Assembly: GCA_963766075.1 (NCBI GenBank) | Contig: CAVYAN010000101.1 | Coordinates: 1-64,000, forward strand | DNA length: 64,000 bases | Direction: 5' to 3' | Origin: an uncultured cyanobacterium | GTDB lineage: Bacteria > Cyanobacteriota > Cyanobacteriia > Leptolyngbyales > Leptolyngbyaceae | Shown here: one piece after another, positions 52,778 through 63,719 of the stretch | Layout: the number at the start of each line of letters is the position of its first letter | Numbering within the stretch: the first letter of the stretch is position 1 | Translations under genes and position numbers: made by a program | Notes under the pieces: model-generated | The model's database searches: none | The model's input: only the letters and a program-made list of their open reading frames with translations | Told to the model about the DNA's origin: nothing

Positions 52778-55369
52778 TCAGCCCACCGTCGCCAGCAGTT
52801 TAGCCTCATCATCCGGGGACAGTACCCGACCTTCATCGGCAAATCCGGCAATCTGGTCAAAGTTGAGATAGCGATACAGATCTGCCGCAAAGGGATCAAT
52901 TTTCTTCGCCATGATGGTTTGGTATTCTTCCACCGTGGGAATTTTGCCCAGTAGCGCACAAACGGCGGCCAACTCCGCTGAACCCAGATACACCTGTGCC
53001 CCCTTGCCCATGCGGTTGTTAAAGTTACGGGTGGATGTAGAAAACACCGTGACCCCATCTTCGACTCGGGCTTGGTTGCCCATACACAGGGAACATCCCG
53101 GCATTTCGGTGCGAGCGCCCGCAGCCGCAAAGGTGCCATACACCCCTTCTTCCCGAAGATGTTGCTCGTCCATGCGTGTGGGGGGAGCAATCCACAGCTT
53201 AGCCTTGGCAATTCCTGCCCCTTCTAGCACCTTGGCGGCGGCGCGGTAGTGGCCAATATTGGTCATGCAGGACCCAATAAACACCTCGTGGATGGGATCC
53301 CCTGCACATTCCGACATGAGCTTAATGTTGTCGGGATCGTTGGGGGCGGCCACTAATGGCTCAGTAATTTGGTCCAGATCCACCTCAATGATGTCAGCAT
53401 ATTCGGCATCGACATCCGCCGTCATCAGGTGGGGATTGGCCAGCCATTCCTCCATCTTGCGGACACGGCGCAGGATGGTTCGGGCATCGCCATAGCCTCG
53501 AGCCACCATGTTCTTTAGCAAAGCAACATTGGATCGCAGATATTCCGCCACAGTTTCTGTACCGAGCTGAATGGTGCAACCCGCTGCCGATCGCTCCGCC
53601 GAAGCATCTGTCAATTCAAACGCTTGCTCCAGTTTCAAGTCCGGCAACCCTTCCATTTCCAACACCCGACCGGAGTAAACGTTCTTTTTATTCTGCTTTT
53701 CAACGGTCAATTTGCCCTGCTGCATGGCCACATAGGGAATTGCGTTAACAATATCGCGCAGCGTAATACCGGGCTGCAAGCTGCCCTTGAACCGCACTAA
53801 CACTGACTCTGGCATGTCAAGGGGCATCGCGCCTAGGGCCGCCGCAAAAGCCACCAATCCCGATCCCGCCGGAAAGGAAATGCCCAAGGGAAAACGGGTA
53901 TGGGAATCGCCCCCGGTGCCAACGGTATCGGGCAACAGCATCCGATTCAGCCAGGAGTGGATAATGCCATCCCCGGGATGCAGGGAAACCCCGCCACGGG
54001 AATTGATAAAGTCCGGCAGGGTTTTGTGGGTTTTGATGTCCACGGGTTTGGGATAGGCCGCCGTATGGCAGAAACTCTGCATGACCAAGTCAGCGCTAAA
54101 GCCCAGACAAGCCAGTTCCTTCAGCTCATCGCGGGTCATGGGGCCAGTGGTGTCTTGGGAACCCACGGTGGTCATGATCGGTTCGCAGGAGGTGCCCGGT
54201 CGGACCCCAACTAGACCACAGGCTTTGCCCACCATTTTTTGGGCCAGGGTGAAGCCTTTGCCGGTATCAGCGGGCAGGCTAGGCCGAATAAACAAGTCAC
54301 TCGCGGACAAGCCCAAGGCGGCGCGAATCTTGTCTGTCAGAGTGCGGCCAATCAGTAGGGGAATTCGCCCGCCGGCTCGGACTTCATCCAGAATGGTGTC
54401 GGGTTTGAGGCTAAAGGTGGAAATAACAGCCCCAGCGGCATTGGTGATTTCACCCCTATAGGGATAAATCGTAATCACATCACCGGTTTCCATTGCGGTG
54501 ACATCGCACTCGATCGGCAGCGCGCCAGAGTCTTCCGCTGTGTTAAAGAAGATGGGGGCGATTTTGCTACCGAGGATGTAACCGCCCGATCGCTTATTCG
54601 GCACAAACGGAATATCCTGGCCAATGTGCCACAGCACCGAGTTAATCGCCGATTTGCGCGACGATCCTGTGCCCACAACATCGCCCACATAGGCAACGGG
54701 ATGCCCTTTTTGCTTAATCTCTGCCAAGGTTTCCAGGGAGCCGGGCTGACGTGTTTCTAGCATTACCAGGGCGTGCAGGGGAATATCGGGGCGCGTCGTG
54801 GCATGGGGAGCGGGGGAAAGATCGTCAGTGTTGGTTTCTCCCGGCACTTTAAACACGGTGACAGCAATCGATTCAGACAGTGCGGGGCGACTGGTAAACC
54901 ATTCGGCATCGGCCCAGGATTGCAGCACCTGTTGAGCGTTGGCATTGCCAGCGGCGGCCAGCTCCTGCACATCGTGGAAGGCATCGTAGACCAGCAGAAT
55001 TTTGCTGAGGGCGGTGGTAGCCGTAGCGGCGATTTCAGCATCAGGAGCGTGCAACAGATCGATCAGCGATCGCACGTTGTATCCCCCCATCATGGTGCCT
55101 AGGAGTTCCGTTGCAGCTTTGGGAGAAATTAACGGGCTGATTGATTCTCCGTGGGCGATCGCACTCAGGAAACCTGCTTTGACATAGGCGGCTTGGTCCA
55201 CACCGGGGGGAACGCGATCGCGCAGTAAGGACAGCAAAAACTCAGCTTCACCCGCTGGCGGATTTTTGAGCAGTTCACATAAATCCGAAGTTTGCTGGGC
55301 ATCCAAAGGGAGGGGGGGAATTCCGAGAGCGGCGCGATCGGCGACGTGTTGGCGATAGGTTTCAAGCAT
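52778..55369 (-). CDS. acnB: Aconitate hydratase B
   Basis: [52 protein letters not shown]. Confidence 0.98.
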   Translation of the reverse strand: MLETYRQHVADRAALGIPPLPLDAQQTSDLCELLKNPPAGEAEFLLSLLRDRVPPGVDQAAYVKAGFLSAIAHGESISPLISPKAATELLGTMMGGYNVRSLIDLLHAPDAEIAATATTALSKILLVYDAFHDVQELAAAGNANAQQVLQSWADAEWFTSRPALSESIAVTVFKVPGETNTDDLSPAPHATTRPDIPLHALVMLETRQPGSLETLAEIKQKGHPVAYVGDVVGTGSSRKSAINSVLWHIGQDIPFVPNKRSGGYILGSKIAPIFFNTAEDSGALPIECDVTAMETGDVITIYPYRGEITNAAGAVISTFSLKPDTILDEVRAGGRIPLLIGRTLTDKIRAALGLSASDLFIRPSLPADTGKGFTLAQKMVGKACGLVGVRPGTSCEPIMTTVGSQDTTGPMTRDELKELACLGFSADLVMQSFCHTAAYPKPVDIKTHKTLPDFINSRGGVSLHPGDGIIHSWLNRMLLPDTVGTGGDSHTRFPLGISFPAGSGLVAFAAALGAMPLDMPESVLVRFKGSLQPGITLRDIVNAIPYVAMQQGKLTVEKQNKKNVYSGRVLEMEGLPDLKLEQAFELTDASAERSAAGCTIQLGTETVAEYLRSNVALLKNMVARGYGDARTILRRVRKMEEWLANPHLMTADVDAEYADIIEVDLDQITEPLVAAPNDPDNIKLMSECAGDPIHEVFIGSCMTNIGHYRAAAKVLEGAGIAKAKLWIAPPTRMDEQHLREEGVYGTFAAAGARTEMPGCSLCMGNQARVEDGVTVFSTSTRNFNNRMGKGAQVYLGSAELAAVCALLGKIPTVEEYQTIMAKKIDPFAADLYRYLNFDQIAGFADEGRVLSPDDEAKLLATVG

Positions 55370-55658
55370 GGTGTCAGAGGTTCTTTGACGAAGCGAACAG
55401 GGAAATCTGCCTTAAAGCAATTTTTTGGACTGGGTCTTGCTCAGAGTAGGGGGGGAATCCCACTTGGCGCGGTTGGTGATGATACAAAATCGCCAAAGCA
55501 TTTTCGAGTGTACAGGCATTTGAGGTCAAACCCCCTATTCCCAGTATGTGATCTATTCCCAGTATGCAAGGGAGACGGACCCAGGGTGGATACCCTATAT
55601 AGCCAGGGGTAAATAGCTAGAGGGGAGATATCCATATATCTATATCCTAGCTATAGCC

Positions 55659-55698
55659 AAAAAGCATGAGGAGGGCGATCGCCCTCCTCATGCTTTTT
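55659..55698. terminator. Perfect 40-bp palindrome centred on HIP1, bidirectional-terminator-like
   Basis: AAAAAGCATGAGGAGGGCGA|TCGCCCTCCTCATGCTTTTT. Confidence 0.75.
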
Positions 55699-55795
55699 CT
55701 AGAAAACCATACTTTTTCCGAGAAACTCGATGACGCGTAGCAAAGGAATAGGAGTTACGTTCCAACAACACCCAGGCTACGATTTATTGTCGGCA

Positions 55796-56488
55796 CTAGA
55801 CGGCTTGCTTTGCCTGACGCCGCCGTGCATATCCTAGGCCCATTCCGGCTAAGGCAATACCACCCATTGTCATGGGTTCCGGTACGGCTTCAGCCGCGCG
55901 GTAGGTGTGGTTATCGCTTTCAAAGGCAACACCTTGAGCAACCAAGTCAATGCGGTCAAAGGTTTGGCCTGGGCCAGAAAAGAAATTGACAAACAGGTTG
56001 TCGCTTGCTCCGGTCCAGCTCCCCTTAGCTGTGGTGGAAATGTCGCCCCCGCCAAAGGACTTGACCAGTTGACCGGCATTGTAGAAGTTAATTTTGTTGT
56101 GTGTGTCTACCGATCCCCAGTACAACCCAAAATAGTCAATGGCTTTCGCAAAGTTCATCGTTACGGATCCCGTAGCGCCAACCTTGCCACTGCCTTGATT
56201 AGAGATCGTCATGAACTTACTTGTGTCACCTAGGGGCGTAGCATGCTGGCCACTAATGCTGCCTTGAACAATATTGCCGTTGATGCCGGAATAGGTGACG
56301 AACCCACTGGTGGGTGCAGTCCCATTGTTGAAATCAACCGTTACGGCACCCGCCTGATTGGATTTGTAGCCTTCGCCTGCTACAGCGGTCCCGCCAACAG
56401 AAAAGCTAAAGGCAAAGGCAGAACTCGTGGTTGCCAGCATCGTAGCAGCAGTACCCAAAACGATGGCAGAAATCTTTAGCGTGTTCAT
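55796..56488 (-). CDS. PEP-CTERM sorting-domain surface protein
   Basis: Signal peptide, YFGLYWGSVD, AFESDN, and a C-terminal VPEP-TM-RRR tail. Confidence 0.92.
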   Translation of the reverse strand: MNTLKISAIVLGTAATMLATTSSAFAFSFSVGGTAVAGEGYKSNQAGAVTVDFNNGTAPTSGFVTYSGINGNIVQGSISGQHATPLGDTSKFMTISNQGSGKVGATGSVTMNFAKAIDYFGLYWGSVDTHNKINFYNAGQLVKSFGGGDISTTAKGSWTGASDNLFVNFFSGPGQTFDRIDLVAQGVAFESDNHTYRAAEAVPEPMTMGGIALAGMGLGYARRRQAKQAV

Positions 56489-56882
56489 AGGATGTAGTTT
56501 TGTGATGGTAGATGATGCGAAAAAATTTCGCGGTAGGACCTAAATAGCGAACTCAGAGACATGGATACAGGGCAGCCAATTGCGGCTCAGGACGTTACTG
56601 TTCTGTGTCTTCATGTATAAAAAGTAGCTAATCCCCATGGGGAATGCCTAGGGGATCGGCTGAGATTTCATCGGGAAAATGATTGACTCAGTTTTATATA
56701 AAGCTAAGACTAAAAGTGTCGAAAAGTCGCTTGATGAAAAGTCGCGAAATGCCTATGGAGTAAGTTGTCTGGCGGTTTGGCGGTGACAGATTTCTGACTA
56801 CTGACAGCATTGCGTAAATCCACTAACGCCATAACGCAAAAATCTCCGTAATATCCCCTTAATCCCCAAAAGCTTGAGCCTA

Positions 56883-56926
56883 ATAAAAACCCCTCAACGT
56901 GCCAAGGCTATGGCAGTGTTGAGGGG
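56883..56926 (-). terminator. Probable terminator hairpin
   Basis: CCCCTCAAC..TGCCA/TGGCA..GTTGAGGGG stem with a T-rich tract on the minus strand. Confidence 0.5.
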
Positions 56927-56982
56927 AACAACGTTACTTCAAGCAAAAATTAAGTCGGACATTGGAGGTTGTGCTCTTCGTT

Positions 56983-57031
56983 TCCACCAACTTGTGCCCT
57001 GAGCTGAGCTCGAAGGGCACAAGTTGGTGGA
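56983..57031. repeat. 18-bp-arm inverted repeat with REP-like core
   Basis: TCCACCAACTTGTGCCCT-GAGCTGAGCTCGA-AGGGCACAAGTTGGTGGA. The core resembles CCTGAGC..TCGAAGGG near 34059. Confidence 0.75.
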
Positions 57032-57105
57032 GTCAAAACTTGTGTCTGGTAGGGTCGCTAGGGAAGTTTGTTTGGGAGAAATCTCCTTAAAATCCTCAGA
57101 AAACG

Positions 57106-57444
57106 TTAGGAATAGTTGGGCGTAGTTTCTAGCACATCCTCTTCCATATTGCCCACAACCACCGCACAAAAGGCAAAAGATAGGACCAAAGGCAAGGGCG
57201 AAGACAGGACATAGCTACAGATGCCAGCCGCAATCGCACTGGATATTGCCGCTAAGCACCAGAACTGTTCCTCACGACACAGCCCTCTTTCTGCCTTGAT
57301 TGACTGCAAGACTTCGGTAGGAATGGGCACGGGCATGACCGCATTGGGGGGAAATGCCCAGTAAAGGGAGCATTCCTGGAATAAATCCGTCCAGCCATTT
57401 TCCTGGCACCAGTCTTCAATCCATTGCAGGGCGTAGTGATTCAT
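57106..57444 (-). CDS. Conserved cyanobacterial membrane protein (slr1957-like, from recall)
   Basis: WIEDWCQENGWTDLF..WAFPPNAVMPVPIP followed by two TM segments. Confidence 0.7.
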   Translation of the reverse strand: MNHYALQWIEDWCQENGWTDLFQECSLYWAFPPNAVMPVPIPTEVLQSIKAERGLCREEQFWCLAAISSAIAAGICSYVLSSPLPLVLSFAFCAVVVGNMEEDVLETTPNYS

Positions 57445-57780
57445 CGGGAAATCGTGAGTGGATAAACGGCGTACAAATAAATCGCACAATAACAAACTGA
57501 ACAATTATAGAAACAGCGGTTGGATTGCCTTTACAACACGTAAAAGTTATCTTGCAAGACCACTAACGCAAACGACCCATCGATTGCGCTTTTGCAATTC
57601 AATGAGCCGTACTTCGATGTATTTACCGTATCAACTATTTCCCTGAAGCGGCCCTAAAGATATTAAAGTTAACGCCCCTAGCGATTTTTGAAATGTTCCG
57701 TAACGCAAAGGTCACTGAGAATTTTTACCTATAAAAGCTCAGGGATCGTTTCTGTAAAGGGAGCACATCACGGGGACTGT

Positions 57781-57820
57781 CTCCTAGAGTTTGTATTAGA
57801 CTCCTAGAGTTTGTATTAGA
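57781..57820. repeat. Exact 20-bp tandem duplication
   Basis: CTCCTAGAGTTTGTATTAGA twice. Confidence 0.9.
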
Positions 57821-57842
57821 AACGTTATAAAACGCTGGATAT

Positions 57843-58622
57843 TTAAGCCGATTGTTTGATGGGCAAAACTTCTACCCGTTCTCCAGTGGCAGGATTAAGA
57901 AATTCTGTAGCTATGCCCGAGGCAATGAGGCGATCGCGGAACTCTTCTACACTGCCCATGGTTTTAATCAATAGGGGCAACAGGCCGCTGGTGCGAATAT
58001 CTCCTAGGGTGGTAGGCAAAAAGTAGCTGGGCTGTAGGGCATTCACTAATTCCACGGCCTGTTGCGGCCCCATAATCACTTGCCCCAGCAGCGGGAAAAT
58101 TTGCCCAATCACGGGGGCAATCACCACATCCACAGGCCCCATGTTCTGCAGTGCTGCCGTGGGCGATAGGTGCGGCTCATAATAGAGAGAAGTGCCCGTG
58201 GTGCGATCGCGCAGCCAAATCCCATTTTCTACTTGCCCGGGCTGAATTTCGGCACCGGGAACAGCAGTAATCTGCAAATCATCTAGGAGAGTTTCCTGCC
58301 AGGGGGCAAGGGCCGTGACATTGCGGTAGCCCAGGGATCGAACCACTTTAGCGGCGCTGGGAGAAGCAATTACAGGCAGGGTGCGATCCAGCTTTTCTAG
58401 GGTGGGAGGATGGCAGTGATCTTCTAGGCCCTGGGATAATACAATCAAATCAATGGGAGGCAGGGTTTCTGGGGTGAAGGCCAGGGGCGTGTTGTGGTGT
58501 GCCGTAAATAGCCAGGGTTGTCCATAAAACACCAGGGGATCCACTAACCAGGGATCGACCAGGATCGTTTTACCTGCGAGTTCAAATATCCAACTGTTGA
58601 GGTCAATCCGGGTAAGGTGCAT
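57843..58622 (-). CDS. MBL-fold metallo-hydrolase
   Basis: ILVDPWL, SQGLEDHCH, YYEPH. Confidence 0.85.
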   Translation of the reverse strand: MHLTRIDLNSWIFELAGKTILVDPWLVDPLVFYGQPWLFTAHHNTPLAFTPETLPPIDLIVLSQGLEDHCHPPTLEKLDRTLPVIASPSAAKVVRSLGYRNVTALAPWQETLLDDLQITAVPGAEIQPGQVENGIWLRDRTTGTSLYYEPHLSPTAALQNMGPVDVVIAPVIGQIFPLLGQVIMGPQQAVELVNALQPSYFLPTTLGDIRTSGLLPLLIKTMGSVEEFRDRLIASGIATEFLNPATGERVEVLPIKQSA

Positions 58623-58715
58623 GGCTTAATATTTCTTAAGAACCTATGGCTGATCATACAATCTCCCTGGGAACACAAATCAGAATTAGAACCCGTTCGT
58701 GAGCAAAATAGCCGC

Positions 58716-59546
58716 ATGTCTGTCCCGTCTCCTTTGTCCGTAGTCCCTTTTCAGCCGCCCGTTGCCTTGACCATTGCTGGCTCGGATAGTGGTGGTGGTG
58801 CTGGAATCCAAGCTGATCTGCGTACGTTTGCCTTTCACAAGGTGCATGGCACCAGCGCTCTGACCTGTATCACAGCCCAGAATACCCAGGGGGTGACTCG
58901 GGTGGATGCTTTGCTGCCGGAAGCGGTGGTGGCGCAAATCGTGGCCGTGGTCTCGGATATAGGGGTGCAGGCGGCCAAGACGGGCATGTTACTGAATCAG
59001 GAAATTATCGAGGCGGTGTCAGAGCAGATAGCGGCGTTGTCTGTTCCCCAGGTGGTGGTGGATCCGGTGATGGTCTCTCGGACGGGGGCGCAATTGATTG
59101 CGGATGCCGCGATCGCCACCCTGCGGAGCCAGTTGATTCCCCAAGCGACCATCCTGACGCCCAACCGCTATGAAGCGCAAATCTTAGCGGGGATGGAGAT
59201 TACAACCCTAGATGACATGAAAACCGCTGCCCAGCGCATTTACCAACTGGGGCCTCACGCCGTGTTGGTCAAAGGCGGTGGCATGGGCGGGGCCTTGCGG
59301 GCGGTGGACGTTTGGTTTGATGGGCAAGTACAGATCTTGAAAACCCAGGTTGTGGAGACACGGCATACCCATGGCACGGGCTGCACGTTGTCGGCGGCGA
59401 TCGCGGCCAATCTCGCCCTGGGCTACGATCCCTTCACGGCCACTCGCCTTGCGAAAGACTATGTGACGAGTGCCTTAGGGTATGCCCTAGAGATTGGATC
59501 TGGCCCAGGACCTGTGGGGCATTTTTTCCCATTGCTAGAGAAATAA
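58716..59546 (+). CDS. thiD: Hydroxymethylpyrimidine/phosphomethylpyrimidine kinase
   Basis: IAGSDSGGGAGIQAD, TAQNT, VDPVMV, TPN, HTHGTGCTLS. Confidence 0.96.
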   Translation: MSVPSPLSVVPFQPPVALTIAGSDSGGGAGIQADLRTFAFHKVHGTSALTCITAQNTQGVTRVDALLPEAVVAQIVAVVSDIGVQAAKTGMLLNQEIIEAVSEQIAALSVPQVVVDPVMVSRTGAQLIADAAIATLRSQLIPQATILTPNRYEAQILAGMEITTLDDMKTAAQRIYQLGPHAVLVKGGGMGGALRAVDVWFDGQVQILKTQVVETRHTHGTGCTLSAAIAANLALGYDPFTATRLAKDYVTSALGYALEIGSGPGPVGHFFPLLEK

Positions 59547-59735
59547 GCCGGAAGAATTTGGGTTCAGGGGAGTAGATGCGTGTAGACTACCCGCAAGCAC
59601 TGTTCTGAATGTAGGGTGCGGGCGGCTCAGGCGTTAGGCTCTTCACCCCGCGTGCGTTCTCAAGTATTCTTATGAGGCAAACACGCCTGGTTTTGCCTAG
59701 GGCATCACATTCGCTTTGAACTCTGCGAGGTCATT

Positions 59736-60596
59736 GTGGGGATTCTAATTCGGCTGGCTATTGGACTCTTATTTTCTTTGTTTGGCTTAGTAAGCTATTG
59801 CGGCAACACGACCTATAATCCCGTCACCAATGAAAATCAGCGGGTGCAGCTATCCCCAAAACAGGAAGTGGTCCTGGGCTTGCAGTCTCGCAGTCAAATG
59901 GCTGCCCAGCATGGGGGACTGTATCCCGATCAGGCTCTGCAAAGTTATTTGGACCAGGTGGGGATGCGGATTGTCGAAAAATCCAGTGCCGCCAAAGCCG
60001 GCTATCCCTACGACTTTCATTTGCTGCGTGATCCCCGCACGATTAATGCGTTTGCTCTGCCCGGTGGGCAAGTCTTTATCACGGTGGCATTGTTTAACCG
60101 GCTGTCCTCGGAGGCTCAACTTGCCGGGGTTTTGGGCCATGAGATTGGTCACGTTGTGGCACGACATGGGGCCCAGCATTTGGCGAAACAGCAACTGGGG
60201 CAATCGTTGGTTACGGCGGTGGGTATAGCGGCCAGTGATGGGAATGGCGGCGGTAGTAATGCCCAGGTGTTGGCCCAGGCCGCAAATCAATTGATCAGTC
60301 TGCGCTATGGACGGCAGGATGAATTACAAAGTGACCAACTGGGATTTCAGTTTATGACTGAAGCGGGATACGATCCACGGGGTATTGCTGAGGTGATGAA
60401 GATTTTGGCGGCGACGCGCCAAGGTGGACAGCCGCCGCAAATTTTGAGTAGCCATCCGGATCCGGGCAATCGATTTGAGCGCTTGCAGGCTTTGATTAAA
60501 GAAAAGTATCCCCAGGGCATTCCCAGCAATTTGGAATCTGGCCGCGAGATTTATCAGCAGCAAGTTTTACCGAGACTGCGTGCTTCCGGAGCGTGA
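59736..60596 (+). CDS. M48 family metallopeptidase
   Basis: NAFALPGG, HEIGH, ELQSD, SSHP. Confidence 0.92.
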   Translation: MGILIRLAIGLLFSLFGLVSYCGNTTYNPVTNENQRVQLSPKQEVVLGLQSRSQMAAQHGGLYPDQALQSYLDQVGMRIVEKSSAAKAGYPYDFHLLRDPRTINAFALPGGQVFITVALFNRLSSEAQLAGVLGHEIGHVVARHGAQHLAKQQLGQSLVTAVGIAASDGNGGGSNAQVLAQAANQLISLRYGRQDELQSDQLGFQFMTEAGYDPRGIAEVMKILAATRQGGQPPQILSSHPDPGNRFERLQALIKEKYPQGIPSNLESGREIYQQQVLPRLRASGA

Positions 60597-60800
60597 GTGG
60601 GCGATCAGGACGGTTGTTCAGCGGGAATGACAGACCACTATTCAGGAAAATTACGGAGGTCAATCCGGTCAATTTGGAGCCTCCAGGCAATCCTACGGGG
60701 TATCTTGTGACCAGAATCACAGGTGCATTTAGGGGTAGATCACTTCAGGAATATGTGAATGGGCGGAAGATTATGCCATGGAGTTTACCGGATCCCTATC

Positions 60801-60989
60801 ATGAACAACGCCATTCGCCGACTGGTTGAGCAAGCTTTGTATTTCAAGCAGTTGACGCCCGCGATCGAAAATGAAATCAATTACGAACTGACTCGCACTG
60901 GGCATATCTCTGATGTTGATTTTGAAGCGTTAGAATTGCTGATGTCGGAAATGGATGAAGGCCGAATCCGTTTGGTTCCTAGCGTGTAA
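60801..60989 (+). CDS. Small hypothetical protein
   Basis: MNNAIRRLVEQAL...LTPAIE...ALELLM..GRI pattern seen in small cyanobacterial proteins. Confidence 0.6.
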   Translation: MNNAIRRLVEQALYFKQLTPAIENEINYELTRTGHISDVDFEALELLMSEMDEGRIRLVPSV

Positions 60990-61519
60990 GGGTATTTCGG
61001 TACCGCCTGCGATCTGGGCATGGTTTGTTACCGGAAGGGTTGCTGTGGGCATTTGGTGCATCTCGCTATCTCTCGCGAAATATTTTTCTCTGGCATTTAT
61101 TTTCTCTAGTCTGATTTTTACTTCTCTAGACTGTTTGTTGTTGTTCAGCGTTCCTATGGGGTCTGAGTCAGTCGCGTTCTCCTCTCTCGATGGGCGCTGA
61201 CGCGATCGCCCGCCTTAGCAAAGCTATATTTTTGATCAAGTCATCTTAATTGCGTGCTCAGGCGATCTACACTTCAAGCCTGACATCAGAAGCTGCGCCT
61301 CTTGGGATTAGTCTTGGGATTCAGAGGCCACCCCTGGGGAATGGTCGCGCGTTTTGCACCCTTCGCTACACAGCAAAACATGACCGCTACTCGCGCCTTG
61401 ATTGTTCTCTCACCATTTTTCTGGCATGAGTCACCGGAAAACGGGGCTTCTTGGCACTTGAGGATCTCGCTTGGGGATCTTCATGGATGTTGCCGCTGGA
61501 AGCTATTTGCACAGTGATG

Positions 61520-61570
61520 TCTGCACCGTGAAACCATCTGCACCGTGAAAATATCTGCACCGTGAAAACA
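61520..61570. repeat. 17-bp tandem repeat, 3 copies, upstream of thrS
   Basis: TCTGCACCGTGAAA(CCA/ATA/ACA). Confidence 0.9.
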
Positions 61571-61799
61571 TACGCTACACTGGATAACGGTTTAGATTAC
61601 TGTTCAGCAGTCAATGCGAAGGCATGTTTTATAGGCAACTCCGAATTCCGTTGATGGCGCAACTTGCCGTGACAAACCCCGAGCGAACTATTTAGGGGCA
61701 GGGTTAATTTAAACCTAGATCGGACGTGACCCCCGATCAAACGCCCCGGCTCTGTCCTGACCGTTGTTCACGAAGTTTCTTGCCAAGGGGAGTTTTCCA

Positions 61800-63719
61800 A
61801 TGTCTGCTGAAAATGCTTTGTCTGCTGAAAATGCTTTGTCTGCTCAAGATATTTCATCTACCAAAAATTTCTCTGATGAGACCGTACCTACTCTAGCTAC
61901 TGCCGAAGTGGCCCCAGCTAGAATTTATTTACCCAAAACCAGTGAATCTGAAACGCTGAAAAAAATTCGCCACACAACGTCTCACGTGATGGCCATGGCG
62001 GTACAAAAGCTGTTTCCCAAGGCTCAGGTGACAATTGGCCCCTGGATTGAGAATGGCTTCTACTACGATTTTGACAGTCCTGAGCCGTTTACCGACAAAG
62101 ATCTGAAGGCAATTAAGAAGGAGATGATTAAGATCATCAATCGCAAATTGCCGGTGGTGCGTGAAGAAGTGAGTCGCGCGGAGGCAGAGCGACGGATTCA
62201 GGCGATTAACGAACCCTACAAGTTGGAAATTCTGGCAGGTTTGCAGGAGCCGATTACGCTCTATCACATGGGGGAAGCGGCCTCTTCGTTATGGTGGGAT
62301 TTGTGCGCGGGGCCCCATGTGAAGAATACGGCGGAACTGAATCCAAATGCGATCGCCCTGGAAAGTGTGGCCGGAGCCTATTGGCGGGGAGATGAAACTA
62401 AAGCGCAACTGCAACGCATCTACGGGACGGCCTGGGAAACACCGGAGCAGTTGGCCGAATACCAACGCCGCAAGGAAGAAGCCTTGAAGCGCGATCATCG
62501 CAAGCTGGGGAAGGAATTGGGCTTGTTCATTTTTGCGGATGTGGTGGGGCCGGGGTTGCCGCTGTGGACGCCAAAGGGGACGGTGCTGCAATCGCTGCTG
62601 GAGGATTACCTAAAGCAAGAACAAATCAAGCGGGGCTACTTGCCTGTCGTCACACCTCACATTGCGCGGGTCGATTTGTTTAAACAATCGGGGCACTGGC
62701 AAAAGTACAGTGAAGATATGTTTCCGATGATGGCGGAGACTCAGGAGGATAAGGATAAGGAAATCGGATTTGTGATGAAACCGATGAATTGTCCGTTCCA
62801 TATTCAAATCTATAAAAGTGAGCTGCGATCGTATCGGGAATTGCCCATGCGACTGGCGGAATTTGGCACGGTGTATCGCTATGAGCAATCTGGCGAATTG
62901 GGTGGCCTCACCCGAGTGCGCGGCTTTACGGTGGATGACTCGCACTTGTTTGTCACGCCGGAGCAGTTGGATGCCGAGTTCATGAGCGTAGTGGAACTGA
63001 TCCTGAGTGTGTTCCAGAGTCTGCAACTGAAGAATTTCCGGGCTCGCTTGAGCTTCCGCGATCCGGCCAATCCGGATAAGTATATTGGCTCGGATGAAGC
63101 GTGGGAGAAGGCGGAGAGTGCTATCCGCAAGGCGGTACAACATCTCGGCATGGAGCATTTTGAAGGGATTGGGGAAGCGGCGTTCTATGGTCCTAAACTA
63201 GATTTCATCTTCCAGGATGCGTTGGAACGGGAGTGGCAGTTGGGCACAGTGCAGGTGGATTACAACCTGCCGGAGCGGTTTGACTTGGAGTATGTGGCTG
63301 ATGATGGCACGCGGAAACGCCCCGTGATGCTACACCGGGCACCGTTTGGGTCTTTGGAGCGGCTGATTGGCATTCTGATTGAAGAGTATGCTGGGGATTT
63401 CCCAGTGTGGTTGGCTCCGACGCAGATTCGGTTGCTGCCGGTGGGGGATGAGTTTGTGCCCTTTGCGCAGGGTGTGGTGAGTCAACTGCGGCGCTTGGGG
63501 GTGCGGGCGGAGATGGATGCCAGTGGAGATCGCCTGGGCAAGCTGATCCGCAATGCGGAAAAGGAGAAGATTCCGGTGATGGCGGTGGTGGGTGCGAAGG
63601 AAGTCGAGGCGAATTCGCTCAGCATTCGCACGCGGGCTGCTGGGGAACTGGGGGCAATTAGCGTGCAGGAAGTGGGCGATCGTTTGCAAGCGGCGAATAT
63701 CACCCACGGGAATTTTTAA
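61800..63719 (+). CDS. thrS: Threonine--tRNA ligase
   Basis: IRHTTSHVMA, DLCAGPH, RDHRKLG, KPMNCPFH, RVRGFTVDD, FYGPKLD, HRAPFGSLER. Confidence 0.98.
   Translation: MSAENALSAENALSAQDISSTKNFSDETVPTLATAEVAPARIYLPKTSESETLKKIRHTTSHVMAMAVQKLFPKAQVTIGPWIENGFYYDFDSPEPFTDKDLKAIKKEMIKIINRKLPVVREEVSRAEAERRIQAINEPYKLEILAGLQEPITLYHMGEAASSLWWDLCAGPHVKNTAELNPNAIALESVAGAYWRGDETKAQLQRIYGTAWETPEQLAEYQRRKEEALKRDHRKLGKELGLFIFADVVGPGLPLWTPKGTVLQSLLEDYLKQEQIKRGYLPVVTPHIARVDLFKQSGHWQKYSEDMFPMMAETQEDKDKEIGFVMKPMNCPFHIQIYKSELRSYRELPMRLAEFGTVYRYEQSGELGGLTRVRGFTVDDSHLFVTPEQLDAEFMSVVELILSVFQSLQLKNFRARLSFRDPANPDKYIGSDEAWEKAESAIRKAVQHLGMEHFEGIGEAAFYGPKLDFIFQDALEREWQLGTVQVDYNLPERFDLEYVADDGTRKRPVMLHRAPFGSLERLIGILIEEYAGDFPVWLAPTQIRLLPVGDEFVPFAQGVVSQLRRLGVRAEMDASGDRLGKLIRNAEKEKIPVMAVVGAKEVEANSLSIRTRAAGELGAISVQEVGDRLQAANITHGNF

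Noticed and set aside
56489..56700. c-di-GMP riboswitch upstream of the PEP-CTERM gene
   Set aside because: I could not find the GEMM motif elements.
61520..61570. CRISPR array (also considered for 33981-34036 and 57781-57820)
   Set aside because: The repeats are directly tandem without unique spacers, and there are no cas genes.
61571..61799. T-box or other structured thrS leader
   Set aside because: No T-box consensus or convincing terminator/antiterminator was seen.
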